Shown in pieces: positions 33,301-44,100 of a stretch of 64,000 nt of DNA. The notes beneath the pieces were generated by a model. The model did no database searches. It was given only the letters and a program-made list of their open reading frames with translations, and was not told the origin of the DNA. Position 1 is the stretch's first letter, and each line of letters opens with the position of its first letter. Where the stretch lies: contig QPMI01000625.1 in NCBI GenBank assembly GCA_004431415.1, positions 62,001-126,000 on the forward strand, in the 5' to 3' direction. Position numbers and translations under genes: made by a program. This DNA comes from Cyanophora paradoxa CCMP329. Its lineage: Eukaryota > Plantae > Glaucophyta.

Positions 33301-33780
33301 CCGAGGACCCGAGAGCTTAGCCCGGCATCAGCTTCGAGAAGGATTGAGTGCGCAGCTAGCACGGCAGCAGCTCCGAGAAGTACGATCCGAGTAACGGTAA
33401 CTGGCCGCGTCGACGTCTGCACATGGCGAGAGCTGAGCCGGGCGTACGCATGACATAGAATGTACCGAGCTTGTGTGCGACAGGAGCTGGAGGCGGGAGC
33501 ACAGCTGCCGGATGACGCCGCGCGGACGTCAAAGACGAAGAGCATGTTGGTGGACAGGAGTCTCGCGAATCCGGCTGCCGCAAGGAGTTCAAGGCAGCGC
33601 GCACGGGAATGCGCAGGCAAAGCGACAGGGATAGGTGCCCGAAGGACAGGAATAGGTGCCTCGCGGCAGATTGCAGGTGCCCAAGGGCAGGAGAGTCTCA
33701 GAACGACGCATAAGACAAGGATAAGTGCGCACCACGCTCCGCGCTGCTGCTGCTGTGCTGTTGCGTGCCTCGCCAGATCC
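27306..33780 (-). mobile_element. Non-LTR retrotransposon, L1/Tx1-like (APE, RT, zf-RVT), frameshifted
   Basis: APE: NIASLNVGGL, DILCLQETKL, CVYAP, LLIGDWN, SRLDFAL, LDH. RT: GAPGPDGIP, YRPIGVSN, QFGFVQGR, DLKSAYD, GTIQGGPWSP, QFADD (~30813-30829). Zinc finger CPVCHRRCNALHVFVLCP. (CTT)n 3' tail at 27306-27319. Confidence 0.9.
28377..33204 (-). pseudogene. LINE ORF2 (APE-RT-zf-RVT) split across several frames
   Basis: ORF pieces 31786-33204, 31342-31632, 30756-31352, 30418-30654, 30086-30433 and 28377-30281 are colinear with the expected domain order. Confidence 0.85.
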
Positions 33781-34416
33781 GGGGGGGTCACCTGAGAAGT
33801 TGGACGTCTTTGATCACGATTCCGATTAAGCACTGAGGGCCGAATGTGTGGGGCCGAATTCATGCACTGCAGCTGTGCAGCTGTGCACGTGGTTGGGCTG
33901 CGGGCTAGGTACGCTGCTGCGGTCTGCCGCAGTGCTGAATCATTGAATGGTCCCCATTGCCGGCCCCAGCACATGTACATGTACATGTACAGGCCGAGGC
34001 CTGCCGCAGTGCATGCGCATGTGCAGGAGCTCCAGGGATCCCACATGCACCGCCCATGGCCACTCAGTGACTGATCCTGGTACCGTAGTAGTACGATGCA
34101 TGATCATGCACGTGGCGCCGGCTAACAATTTACTAAGTTATAGAAAGTTAGGCTGTATACGTACGTATACCGTAGTACATGTGCGGGGGCAGAGTCCCCC
34201 CGTAGAAATGATTCGAACTGCCTCGCGCGCGCAGTCCATTGGGAGGCGCGGAGCTCCGAGTCCCATCGAGCTCGATAACAAGCTCGTCGAGGTGGAGGAG
34301 GCTGCAACGGCGAGGGCTGCAACTGCTCAATTTGCAACAATATAACCCAGGCGAACCACAGCGAAAACCTAGCGGCTAGCGTACATAACGTGTGAACGCT
34401 GAACGAAAGCCTTGAA

Positions 34417-34725
34417 GATCTGGGCGGAGTAGGTGTAAGGGGCGGGGTTGCCAGTTGACCGGATACATGCATAACTGCGGAGGTCAGAATTCGTAACTTA
34501 GTAAGTTTCCTTTTCGCATAATTTCAACGTGTAACTTACAGTCCATAGATGATGAGCCATCTGAGTACAGCCAAGGTTGACACAGCAAGATTGATCATGA
34601 TGGTCGACACGCCGTTGATTCCGAGGCGCATCCCAATCAGGAACATGCCCTGAAACGTGCCTCGGGATGTGCCCCCAAGCAGCCCCATCCCAATTGGCAA
34701 AGCGGAGCCCACTGCGGCCCATCCC
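34417..34725 (+). repeat. Patchwork copies of pieces of the adjacent membrane-protein gene (34817-34860 and 35588-35823)
   Basis: CATAACTGCGGAG.TCAGAATTCGTAA...AGCGGAGCCCA.TGCGGCCCA and GATCT.GGCGGAGTAGGTGTAAGGGGCGGGGTTG each occur twice. Confidence 0.85.
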
Positions 34726-34819
34726 AATTGGCAAAAATCAGGTTTTGTACAAATCACATCACGTGTCACGCCTAAATGCAGCTGGCCAAGTAATGCAGCC
34801 GGCAGAGGGAGAGCAGGAT

Positions 34820-36185
34820 CTAGGCGGAGTAGGTGTAAGGGGCGGGGTTGACCGGGTACATCGCATTTGACGACGATCCATCCTTTGCACGAGAGAAGCC
34901 ACCGAACAGAAGGGCCCAAAGGTAGACAAGGCAGAGGACAACAGTTACTATCCACGAGATGATGATGAACAGCGGGCCAAACCTGCAAGGGGGTCTAATT
35001 CTAGATGGCAAAAAGGCAATATTAATCCAACGTACATTGCGCCACCCTGTGCACGACCATACAAATAGTGCGAGCAGAACGCGATAATGGCTGCAATACT
35101 GACGAAGAAGAGGAGCTGACATGATAGTAAGAATATTGACGTGTCCAAATGCGACATGAGGTGAGCGAAATAATACCGCAAGGATTCGGACGGAGCGACG
35201 CGAATCGGCCTTTCCCAGCGCCATCCGATAGTAAACACTGCCCGAAATCTCGGCAAGGCCGAGCCAGCGGACGGCAACGATGAACAGCGGGTGAGAGAAG
35301 ACGCGCGGCTGGTCAAACTGGAATCCCGGGAACGTCCACCGGGAGAAAGATTCGGGCACAATCACCATAGCCAAACCAACGCAAATGCAGCAAACTGGAA
35401 GAATCCACAGGAAGTAAATCTCAAAAAGATTTGTCTTGCCAGATGTTTCGAAGGCTTGGCGCAGATTGCTGGAGCTATTCGTGGCGAACCGAAACAAGAA
35501 GAACAGCGCCACGCATATGTATACGATGAAGAAGAGATAAGTCAGGACGATTCCCCAAGTGAGACCATACAGGCGGTACTTGTAATCATAACTGCGGAGT
35601 TCAGAATTCGTAAGTTTCCTTTTCGCATAATTTCAACGTGTAACTTACAGTCCATAGATGATGAGCCATCCGAGTACAGCCAAGGTTGACACAGCAAGAT
35701 TGATGGTCGACACGCCGTTGATTCCGAGGCGCATCCCAATCAGGAACATGCCCTGAAACGTGCCTCGGGATGTGCCCCCAAGCAGCCCCATCCCAATTGG
35801 CAAAGCGGAGCCCAGTGCGGCCCACTACGCACCACGGCGAAGATCAGAGCGATCCCCAGAAGTTGAAGCCTGCAGTGAATTGTAAGATCTAGCGACTTTT
35901 TTGGGGGGCGACTAAACGCATACGTAGTATAGAACACGGGAGCCGAAATCTGATTCACTTCTGACGGGAAGAGAAGATCCTTTCGCATACTCCATGAGTG
36001 GGGGAAGCTGAAGAAAAGCGCCTGCAAGTCATTGTCGACGTCAAGGCAAGTTTGATTGCTTTTGGTCAGCTCGCACGCACCTCGTACGAGGCGACGACGA
36101 ACCAAAGCCCCCACGAACACCACAGGAGCGGGCCTGCAAAGAGGAAGAAAAACTGGTACACGGCGGTCTCGGCCGACGACGCCAT
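34820..36185 (-). CDS. Multipass membrane protein of unknown function (multi-exon)
   Basis: ATG at 36185 (MASSAETAVYQFFFLFAGPLLWCSWGLWFVV); GT-AG introns join hydrophobic exons (LQLLGIALIFAV|GMFLIGMRLG..., IYFLWILPVCCICVGLAMVIV, FGPLFIIISWIVTVVLCLVYLW); TAG at 34820. Confidence 0.6.
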
Positions 36186-36316
36186 GATCGATCGACTGCG
36201 AAACGGCAGCGCGCGTGTGTGTACGATCGATCGATCGGCTGTGCTGTGTACGTACGTGCGGTCTGAGCTGATCTGGAACTGTAACATTAACTCTTCAGGT
36301 ATCTGGACTGGGGTAC

Positions 36317-37148
36317 CTGCGTTCAGCGTAGACAGAGCTAGCTAGCTGTGTACTACGCCTGTCTGGGTTACACGTAGGGAGGTGCGGCCCTCGCCGTTGC
36401 CGGCCCAGCCGTTCCCCCCCGAGACCCGTAAGGGGAGTAACGCTCCACCCCCGCACAGCCTAAGCCGTGCGCGTGTCGTGTGCAGCATCATCGTCGTCGT
36501 TCTTGGGCGGTGGGAGTTCCTGCAGGCCCGGCGGGGCCGGGACCCGTCGGTAGCCTGCGGGGCCGAGGCGGCGCACGCGCGGAAAGGGGTCAGATCGGAA
36601 TTGAAGCGCCCTGAAATCGAAATCGAAGGCACGCACTCGGGGAAAGCGCGAAAGCGCGATCCCTCCCTGGTCGATTCTGCAGGGCGGCGGAAGCGCGCAG
36701 AGGGGGGTCAGGCAGCGCACGCGAGATCGGACTTCGGGAGGCGGGGCGGGCACCCAGGGGTTCCAATCCACGCTCCGCGAGGGTAGATTGGCGGGCCTCC
36801 CAGTGCGAGTGCCTGCACGCGCGGGGGTTGACCCGAGGGCATTCCGAGGGCACCCGGCGCGCTGGGACGGCGCGGACCTGGGCGCGCTCGGCCTCGTCGG
36901 GGAGAAAGCCTGCAGCGTTGCGCGCGCGCGCGGCGTCAAACGCGCCGCCCTCGGGGGCGACGAGGGCGACGCCGAGCTCGCGACGAGGGCGACGCCGAGC
37001 TCGAGGCGCGCGCGGAGGCGCACCTGGGAAGGCGCCACGAAAGTGGCGCGCTCCATGGAGCACCGGCAGGAATGCGATCCGCTGCGTAAGCAACGGAAAG
37101 GTCAAGGAACAAAACGCTGCGCGGCGCGCGGAGCGCTCACAAGGGATC
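36317..37148 (+). mobile_element. Family A, long copy (~830 bp)
   Basis: Colinear with 40279-41089, both ending GCGCTCACAAGGGATC. Confidence 0.9.
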
Positions 37149-37189
37149 CCCTAGCACGCACGCTTGCTGGCGTTCAGATAGCGCCGCAC

Positions 37190-37935
37190 GCTCCCTCCCA
37201 TGCGCTTGCATGTATCGCATTTCCAGTCCGTGACTGTGTCCGCCTGCGCCCGGATCGTGACCGAGCTGGGGGAACAAGTGGGGACGGGGCCGGGAGCTGC
37301 GCACGCAGAGGGCATAGCGGAGGAGGTCAACGATGGACGGAGGGGGGCCGGGTTTCGCGGGCGGAATGGATAGGTGGAGGGCCAGCTGCGGGTCGGGCTC
37401 GTCTGTATGGGAGGAGTACGTGCAGCCGCTGTGGGGGCACGAAGTCACGCTGCTGACGTAGAAGTTGAACAGGCCCTGGACCTGCGCCGGCGGGCGGGTG
37501 GGCGCGAGGTGGCGAGGGGAGGCGGGGATGGGACCGGCCTCGGTTGGCAGGTTGTCGATCACTGCGAAGAGGAACTCTTGCGCGTCCTGCTGCAACCCGC
37601 CTCTGAAGACTCTCTTGCTTTCCGCAACTGCTTCCTTGAGACGGTCGCCCGAGAGCTCGCGTTCGCCCGACGTCCCGAGCAGCTGCGCGGGGAGGCTGTC
37701 ATTGCCTCACCCCGATCGGGGCGCGCGGGGAGGGAGGGGGAGGCGCGCACTTGGGGGATCAGTCGCTTGAGCTCGCGGTGGATGTCGCCGGCGGGGCCTT
37801 GGGCGGGGTCCAGGGAGAGAACGGTTTCGGCGAGCTGCGGGAGGCTCACGATGCACTGCACGGGCGCGTTGATGTAGCACATGTTCGCCCCGGGCGGGTT
37901 CGGCAGCCCGCGGCGAACGCCGTTCTGGTTGCCCC
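37190..37935 (-). pseudogene. Ubiquitin-specific protease (peptidase C19) N-terminal half; no His box found
   Basis: Cys box RRGLPNPPGANMCYINAPVQ, QQDAQEFLFAVID, VQGLF...SCPHSGC; introns retained; bounded by repeats A and C. Confidence 0.75.
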
Positions 37936-38034
37936 CGCGCGTTCCATCAGCAAAGGGATGGCAGACGCAGCGGTAGAGCGATAGCGAGCCGCGCTTGAGG
38001 GTGCCAAAAGTGGGCGGTGAGAGCCCGCACGCGA

Positions 38035-38437
38035 GGAGGCGGTACGTATACACGGAATACAAACGCGCTCGATGACCGTAGCGTACGCGCGCATGTCGCA
38101 CGGCCGCACCGAGGGGGTGTTCATCTGCGCCTGCGTTGTGAAAGCTGGTGCGCGCGTCAGTGTGCGCAAGTGACTCTGAAACATTGACGGCGCAGTACAG
38201 TACCTCGGCCTAGACGTATGTGGCTGGGATTGATATCGGCGTGACTAGCGCTGGTCTGTTGTGCGTGCAGGGGTACGCATGAACTTTCGTCCAACTTTCG
38301 TCCAACTCTCGTCCAATTGGTACATATACTTTCGTCCAACTTTCGTCCAACTTTAAATTTCGTCCAACTTTCGTCCAACTCTCGTCCAATTGGTACATAT
38401 ACTTTCGTCCAACTTTCGTCCAACTTTAAATTTCGTC
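38035..38437 (+). mobile_element. Repeat family C with subterminal (ACTTTCGTCCA)n array
   Basis: Homologous to 50925-51256; 11-nt units at 38282-38437 arranged in a 73-nt higher-order duplication. Confidence 0.8.
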
Positions 38438-38989
38438 CTGCTCCCGACCCGCCCGTCGGACCCGCCGGACCCGGCTTTGCAACACGCCCGTTTGAGCTCT
38501 GAGCGTACAGTTAATGCGAAATCTGCAGGTGGGAGGCCTCCGTTTTTGAATTCTCAGCTCCAGCTCCAGCGAACGCGCGGCGGCGCCAGAGCGCTTAGTT
38601 CCAGCGAACGCGCGGCGGCGCCAGAGCGCGATGGACGGCGGCACGTCATCGCGTCACAAAGCTTCAGCGCGTCGCAGCGAGTCACAGAAGCTGCGAGAGA
38701 CGCTTCCCGCCGATCTGCCCGACGAGTGGCGGGCTGCGCTGCTGCATATCGCGGACCTTGCGATGCGAGGTTCAAGGTAGGACGATTACGATCGTAATTA
38801 CTAAGTTAGGACGTCCTAGCTTTGATCCAGCTAGGGTTGGACGTCGTGATTATTCTATATAGCACTTAGAGTCTTTATATCGCACTTAGAGACCACCAAT
38901 CTTAGACTGCAAATCGGCAGCACGGCAGCTCAGTGTTCTGAGCGCGGGCTCTCAACTTTCGAACAAGAGCGGGCGCAGCTGGAAGCCGA

Positions 38990-40278
38990 CCGCAGGCTCG
39001 CAATTGAAGAACGTCAACACACTGAACAGCGCCTGAGAGATTTCGAGGAGGAGCGCCTGGCCTTGCTCGCAGAAAAAGATGCATTCGCTGCAGAAATGGA
39101 TGCTCTGAGTCACACCTTGCAAACGGAGAGGATGCAGCTCGATGCAGAGAGGCGAATGTGGGAACGAGACAAGGAGGAGCTGAAGGCGGAGCTTGCAAAG
39201 TGATTTCCATTTCGATTCTGGGTTGTAAGAGTGCTCGCTGACATCCTTTATTCACTATGCAGGCAAACTGATGAGCTTCAGAGGCAACAGGCAAAGCTGG
39301 AGAACGAGCGAAATCAGAAAGCAGAGGAAGTTGAGGTTTTGCGGAAAAAATTCAGCCCTCTCAACAAAATTATTACGCTGGTATGGAAACTCAGAAACTT
39401 TTCCAGTTTCTTTCCAGATATTTTACTCAGAACGTGGGCGGGAAAATCTTTCAAGTGGGGAGCGAAACGTTGAAAGCCTCAGTCGATTCCATCTTCCCTG
39501 CGATTTTGAGTGGAGTGCGTTGCTCTTGCTTTGCCAAAACAAACAGTATGGCTCACTGTTTGCAGGGATACGACATCAAGAAAGATGAGAAGGGGTACAC
39601 ACCTTGTCGAATGCACATTGTGGCCACATTGATTGTACGCAGTGCCATCTTTTTAGACCGTGCACCAGATGCATTCCGCTTTGTCCTCTCATGGCTGCGC
39701 GATGGGCCAGCATGGCTGAACGAGGCGAAGGTAGCCGCCCTCCCAATTTGGCTGCGCTATGCCTAACTTGGGTGAAGCTGGATCGACGGGAACGAGCGGA
39801 AGCCATGCGAGAAGCCGATTATTTTCGGATGAGTGCTTTCCGCGAGCACCTGATGGCTCAGAGAAAGCAAGAGGAGCTGGATACCGTCATGAGACTGGAC
39901 TCACTTAGCATTTCGGCAAGTGATAACTGGTAGGACGCCTCGTTGCTTTTCTCGGAGCCACCCCCCATTTTTCGCAGGTATATCGTCTCGGCAGCTTGGT
40001 TGAAGGCATGGCGAGCCTTTGTTCAATCTGATTTAAGCAGCCCGCCGCCTGGACCTGTCTCGAATGGGAGCTTGTTGGCACTCGATGGGAGCCCGCGTCC
40101 AAACTTGAAGAAGCACAAGCACTATAGAGGTACAATACATTGTGTGCATTGCACGCAATTATGTAGCTTACGATGCCCCAAGGTGTAAACCCACGCGTCT
40201 GGAGCTACTTGATCGAGATTTATGGCGGGGGGCCGCCAATTCCCCGCGCACAGCTTGATATCTATTCCAGCTACAGAC
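38990..40278 (+). CDS. Coiled-coil, BTB/POZ (KCTD-type), DUSP domain protein; start uncertain, 3' end abuts a family A copy
   Basis: KIITL|NVGGKIFQVGSETL, IFLDRAPDAFRFVLSWLRDG, AMREADYFRM (KCTD BTB); YIVSAAWLKAWRAFV..PPPGPVSNGSLL..HYRG|VNPRVWSYLIEIYGGGPPIPR (DUSP). Confidence 0.75.
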
Positions 40279-41089
40279 CTGCGTTCAGCGTAGACAGAGC
40301 TAGCTAGCTGTGTACTACGCCTGTCTGGGCTACGCATAGGAAGGTGCGGCCCTCGCCGTTGCCGGCCCAGCCGTTCCCCCCCGGGGCCCGTAAGGGGAGT
40401 AACGCTCCACCCCCGCACAGCCTAAGCCGTGCGCGTGTCGTGTGCAGCATCGCGTCGTCGTTCTTGGGCGGTGGGAGTTCCTGCAGGCCCGGTGGGGCCG
40501 GGACCCGTCGGTAGCCTGCGGGGCCGAGGCGGCGCACGCGCGCGCGGAGGGGGGTCAGATCGAAATCGAAGCGCCCTGAAATCGAAATCGAAATCGAAGG
40601 CGCGCACTCGGGGAAAGCGCGCACTCGGGGAAAGCGCGAAAGCGCGAACCCTCCCTGGTCGATTCTGCAGGGCGGCGGAAGCGCGCAGAGGGGGGCTAGA
40701 CAGCGCACGCGAAATCGGAGGCGGGGCGGGCACCCAGGGGTTTCAATCCACGCTCCGCGAGGGTAGATTGGCGGGCCTCCCAGTGCGAGTGCCTGCACGC
40801 GCGGGGTTGACCCGAGGGCATTCCAACGCGGGCGGCGCGCTGGGTCGGCGCGGACCTGGACGCGCTCGGCCTCGTCGGGGAGAAAGCCTGCCGCAATGCG
40901 CGCGCGCGCGGCGTCAAACCGAGAGGACGCGCCGGCGCGCCCGGCGGCCGCGCGCGGAGGCGCACCTGGGAGGCGTCACGAAAGTGGCGCGCTCCATGGA
41001 GCACCGGAAGGAAGGCGATCCGCTGCGTAAGCAACGGAAAGCTCAAGGAACAAAACGCCGCGCGGCGCGCGGGGCGCTCACAAGGGATC
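40279..41089 (+). mobile_element. Family A, long copy
   Basis: Colinear with 36317-37148. Confidence 0.9.
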
Positions 41090-41284
41090 GCGCGGCAGCT
41101 CCGTCGGGCTTCTACATGCGCTGCGCAGAGGAAGCGCAGCTCTACGAGGAGGAGGAGCGGCCTGCGCACGCGAGCGCATGCCGGAGTCAGCGGGAAGGAC
41201 AACTCGGGATGACAACTTGCCTGAAAAGCGTCGCCCGGCCGCGGGGGCGGCCGCCGCCGTTTGCTGATGACCTGCGCGCGCCCC

Positions 41285-41540
41285 GGTGAGCCGTCGTGCT
41301 GGAACTCGTCGACCTCGATCACAACGACGCGGTCGGGCATCGTGGCGAGGAAGGCGGTCAGGAACGCCATGGCCCATCAGCTCGGGGCTGCGCATGCGTC
41401 ATACGTACGCGTCTACGCGCTGCGCGCGCGCAGGCGCACCATTCATCGCGCTGCAGCCTGCAGGGTCTCCGGGTCGAGCCAGTGCTATCGGGCGACGGCG
41501 CGCCCGTCCCGCTTGACCGTCGCGTGGGCGGGAAATGACT
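41285..41540 (-). pseudogene. Internally deleted paralog of the PD-(D/E)XK nuclease gene
   Basis: HWLDPETLQ exon, same intron position as the 44101-45114 gene, then PDRVVVIEVDEFQH. Confidence 0.6.
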
Positions 41541-41637
41541 GCCGTCCGCGGCGGCGGCGGGGACCTGACCGCGCCGAACAGATGTTCGAATTCGGACCTG
41601 ACCGAGCCGTGCTATTCCAACAGGCTTGAAGCATTAT

Positions 41638-42074
41638 TTAAAACCGGTGAGCATGCTTTATACTCGTCCCGCTGCGCGCGCCGATGTTCCCCGCGTTCTG
41701 TTGGACGGCCACAACTCGACCGCTAGTACAGCATACATTGCAATTGAGACGCCGTGAGTCTCGGAGACGTACATTGGTGCCCGGGGGGCGACGAGGCAGC
41801 CATGCGCACTGGAACGGAACTGGACGCTCGAAGCTGCAAGTCTGGGCCTCATCGTCCCCGTAGTACGCGATGAAACGCGTGATGACCTGGCCCGCGGCGC
41901 CTTCGAATTCGGGGAAGCGCTGCGCCAGCCCCTGCACGCCGTGGGCATAACCCTGTCCCGGGAACCAGCAAATCGGGGTGCCACTCGGGCCGCAAAAGAT
42001 CAAGGAGGCTCCGGGGGGAATTGCCCGGCGTTCAGAAGCCGCGTGCGGCGCCGCCCATGCCGCAGTGCCGCCAT
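41638..42074 (-). CDS. Small hypothetical protein, possibly frameshifted at its 5' end
   Basis: 121-aa ORF of non-repetitive composition; ATG at 42074 is out of frame and preceded by an 8-nt tandem repeat. Confidence 0.3.
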
Positions 42075-42079
42075 GGAGT

Positions 42080-42111
42080 TAGTTTGGTAGTTTGGTAGTT
42101 TGGTAGTTTGG
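42080..42111. repeat. (TAGTTTGG)4 tandem repeat
   Basis: Seen directly. Confidence 0.9.
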
Positions 42112-42646
42112 AGTTAGTGTGCCCGGATACCTTGTCCCGCTCGAGACGAGGGGAAAAGGGCGAGGGGAAAGACATTAGAGGAGAGAGGAGAACGCGTTTT
42201 CGAGCATGGAGCCAGCGTGCGCATACAACGCCAGCGCTAGCGCTTATAATTACGCTCTGAGTCTAGCTAGCGCTCTCTCAGGGCTGCGAAAAGGCTGCGA
42301 GAATCGCAGCCGCAGCCGCAGCCAGGGCCGCAGCCAGGGCCGAGGCGAGGCGCAAGCGCTAGCAGGAGGCCGAGGATGCAGCCGAGGCGAGGCGCAAGTG
42401 GGAGGCCGGAGCCAAGCAGGAGGCGCAAGCAGGAGGCCGAGCATGCAGAGACCCGTCCCCCCTGCGCTTGCGCAGCGCACTGCGATCGGTATCTAGATGA
42501 TCTACCGCATGTGTCTACCTCATCAGCGACGGTGCGCCTGTCCCGCTGGCCATCCCCGCGTGACCTTGTGGGCTTTGAGGAAGGAGAAAACATCGCCTCG
42601 AGACAAAACACCCCGAGAGAAGACATCTTGAAGTAGAGGACATCGC

Positions 42647-42950
42647 TTAGGCGAAGTAGGCGTTGAGGAACGCCAGCACATAACCCAGCACCCTGAGCTC
42701 GGCGCTGCGAGGCGAAGTAGGCGTTGAGGAACGCCAGCACATAACCCAGCACCCTGAGCTCGGCGCTGCGCACGCGTCATCATTCTCCGCGCTTCTCCGC
42801 GCTGCGCGCGCGCACGCGCACCACTCATCGCGCTGCAGGGTCTCGGGGTCGTGCCAGTGCTCCCGCACGAAGGCGCGCTTGTCCCGGCGCTTGCGCATCG
42901 CCTCGAGTGGAGAGATCTTGAGGAGAAGGCATCGCCTCGCGAGAGGAGAG
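42647..42950 (-). pseudogene. Truncated near-exact copy of the 5' part of the nuclease gene (44926-45165) with an internal ~61-nt duplication
   Basis: Identical peptide MRKRRDKRAFVREHWHDPETLQRDE in the ORF track at both loci. Confidence 0.8.
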
Positions 42951-42982
42951 ATCTAGAGGAGACATCGCCTCGCGATCTCGAT

Positions 42983-44047
42983 TCACGATTCACGATTCAT
43001 GTGTCTACGGCTGAGCGCAAGATCAGCTCCGCGGGGGATGGGTCTACCGTAACTAAGCGAGCCCCGATGGATGTCCGGGACCCGGCGCATCACCCCTGGC
43101 CGCCCGCGCGCCTCGCGCTCCGCCGCTGCCCGCTCGCGCTCCGCCGCCGCCCGCTCGCGCTCCGCCGCCGCCGCCCGCTCGCGCTCGCGCGCGCGCTCGC
43201 GCTCCGCCGCCGCCGCCGCCGCCCGCTCGTGCTCGCGCGCGCGCTCCGCCACCGCCGCCCGCGCGGCGCCCACTCGCGCTCGCGCTCGCGCGCGCGCTCT
43301 GCCAACGCCGCCCGCGCGGCCGCCCACTCGCGCTCGCTCCGCCGCGGCGGGAAGGTTGGCCGCCACTTGGCGGGAAGAGCTTGCGGGAAGAGGTTGACAA
43401 GATCCTCGAGCTTCTCGGGCAGCGGCTCGTAGCCCTCGTAGCACAGCTTCACGAACTCGCACTCCGCGGGTGCGCCGTCTGCCACGACGCGCTCGAGAGC
43501 CCTGATGAGAGTCGCCGTGTCGGGGTGTTGGGCCTGCGAGTCGGGCGTTGCGAGTCGAATGAACTTTGTTGGCTTCCCGTAGACCTGCGCACACGCTCGC
43601 ATCATGCTGCGCAGACTTCGAAGATCTGACCAACCTCGAGGATCTGCTCGTAGATCTTGAGCATCCGGGCGTCCTCCGCGGAGGGCCTGTAGCGGAGCAT
43701 CCGGGCGTCCTCCGCGGACAAACGCGAAAGAAGCATGCACCCGGGCGCTTTCGATCTTTGCCGAACAGGTCCTTGTCGCCGTCCACAGGGCTGTCGTGCG
43801 CGATCCGCAGGACCTGCAGGACATGGCCGGCGCCGTGCGCGAGCGCCCAGCGGTGCGCCCACTCGTAAATCTCATGGCGCACAACGAGCTCGTCCGACGC
43901 GTCGCTGCCGGGCGGGGCCGACCGAGCGGGGAGGCCGGGCGCGGGCAAGAGACGATGCCCTGGGGGAAGGAGCGCGGCGAGCGCTTCCCTCCTCTGCTCG
44001 GGCCCCGCGCGCCCGAGCTTGATGTACTTGATGTCGACCTTAATCAT
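42983..44047 (-). CDS. Divergent paralog of the nuclease family with A/E/R-repeat tail; central catalytic segment apparently lost
   Basis: ELVVRHEI..RIAHDSPVDG..RKRP followed by EDARMLKIYEQILE|VYGKPTKFIRLATPD; no D..EVDE segment found. Confidence 0.5.
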   Translation of the reverse strand: MIKVDIKYIKLGRAGPEQRREALAALLPPGHRLLPAPGLPARSAPPGSDASDELVVRHEIYEWAHRWALAHGAGHVLQVLRIAHDSPVDGDKDLFGKDRKRPGACFFRVCPRRTPGCSATGPPRRTPGCSRSTSRSSRLVRSSKSAQHDASVCAGLREANKVHSTRNARLAGPTPRHGDSHQGSRARRGRRRTRGVRVREAVLRGLRAAAREARGSCQPLPASSSRQVAANLPAAAERARVGGRAGGVGRARARARARVGAARAAVAERAREHERAAAAAAERERARERERAAAAERERAAAERERAAAEREARGRPGVMRRVPDIHRGSLSYGRPIPRGADLALSRRHMNRES

Positions 44048-44100
44048 TTTTTATTTGGTAATGGGCGAGAGATGGGAGTCCCGAGAGATGGGCGCGATGT

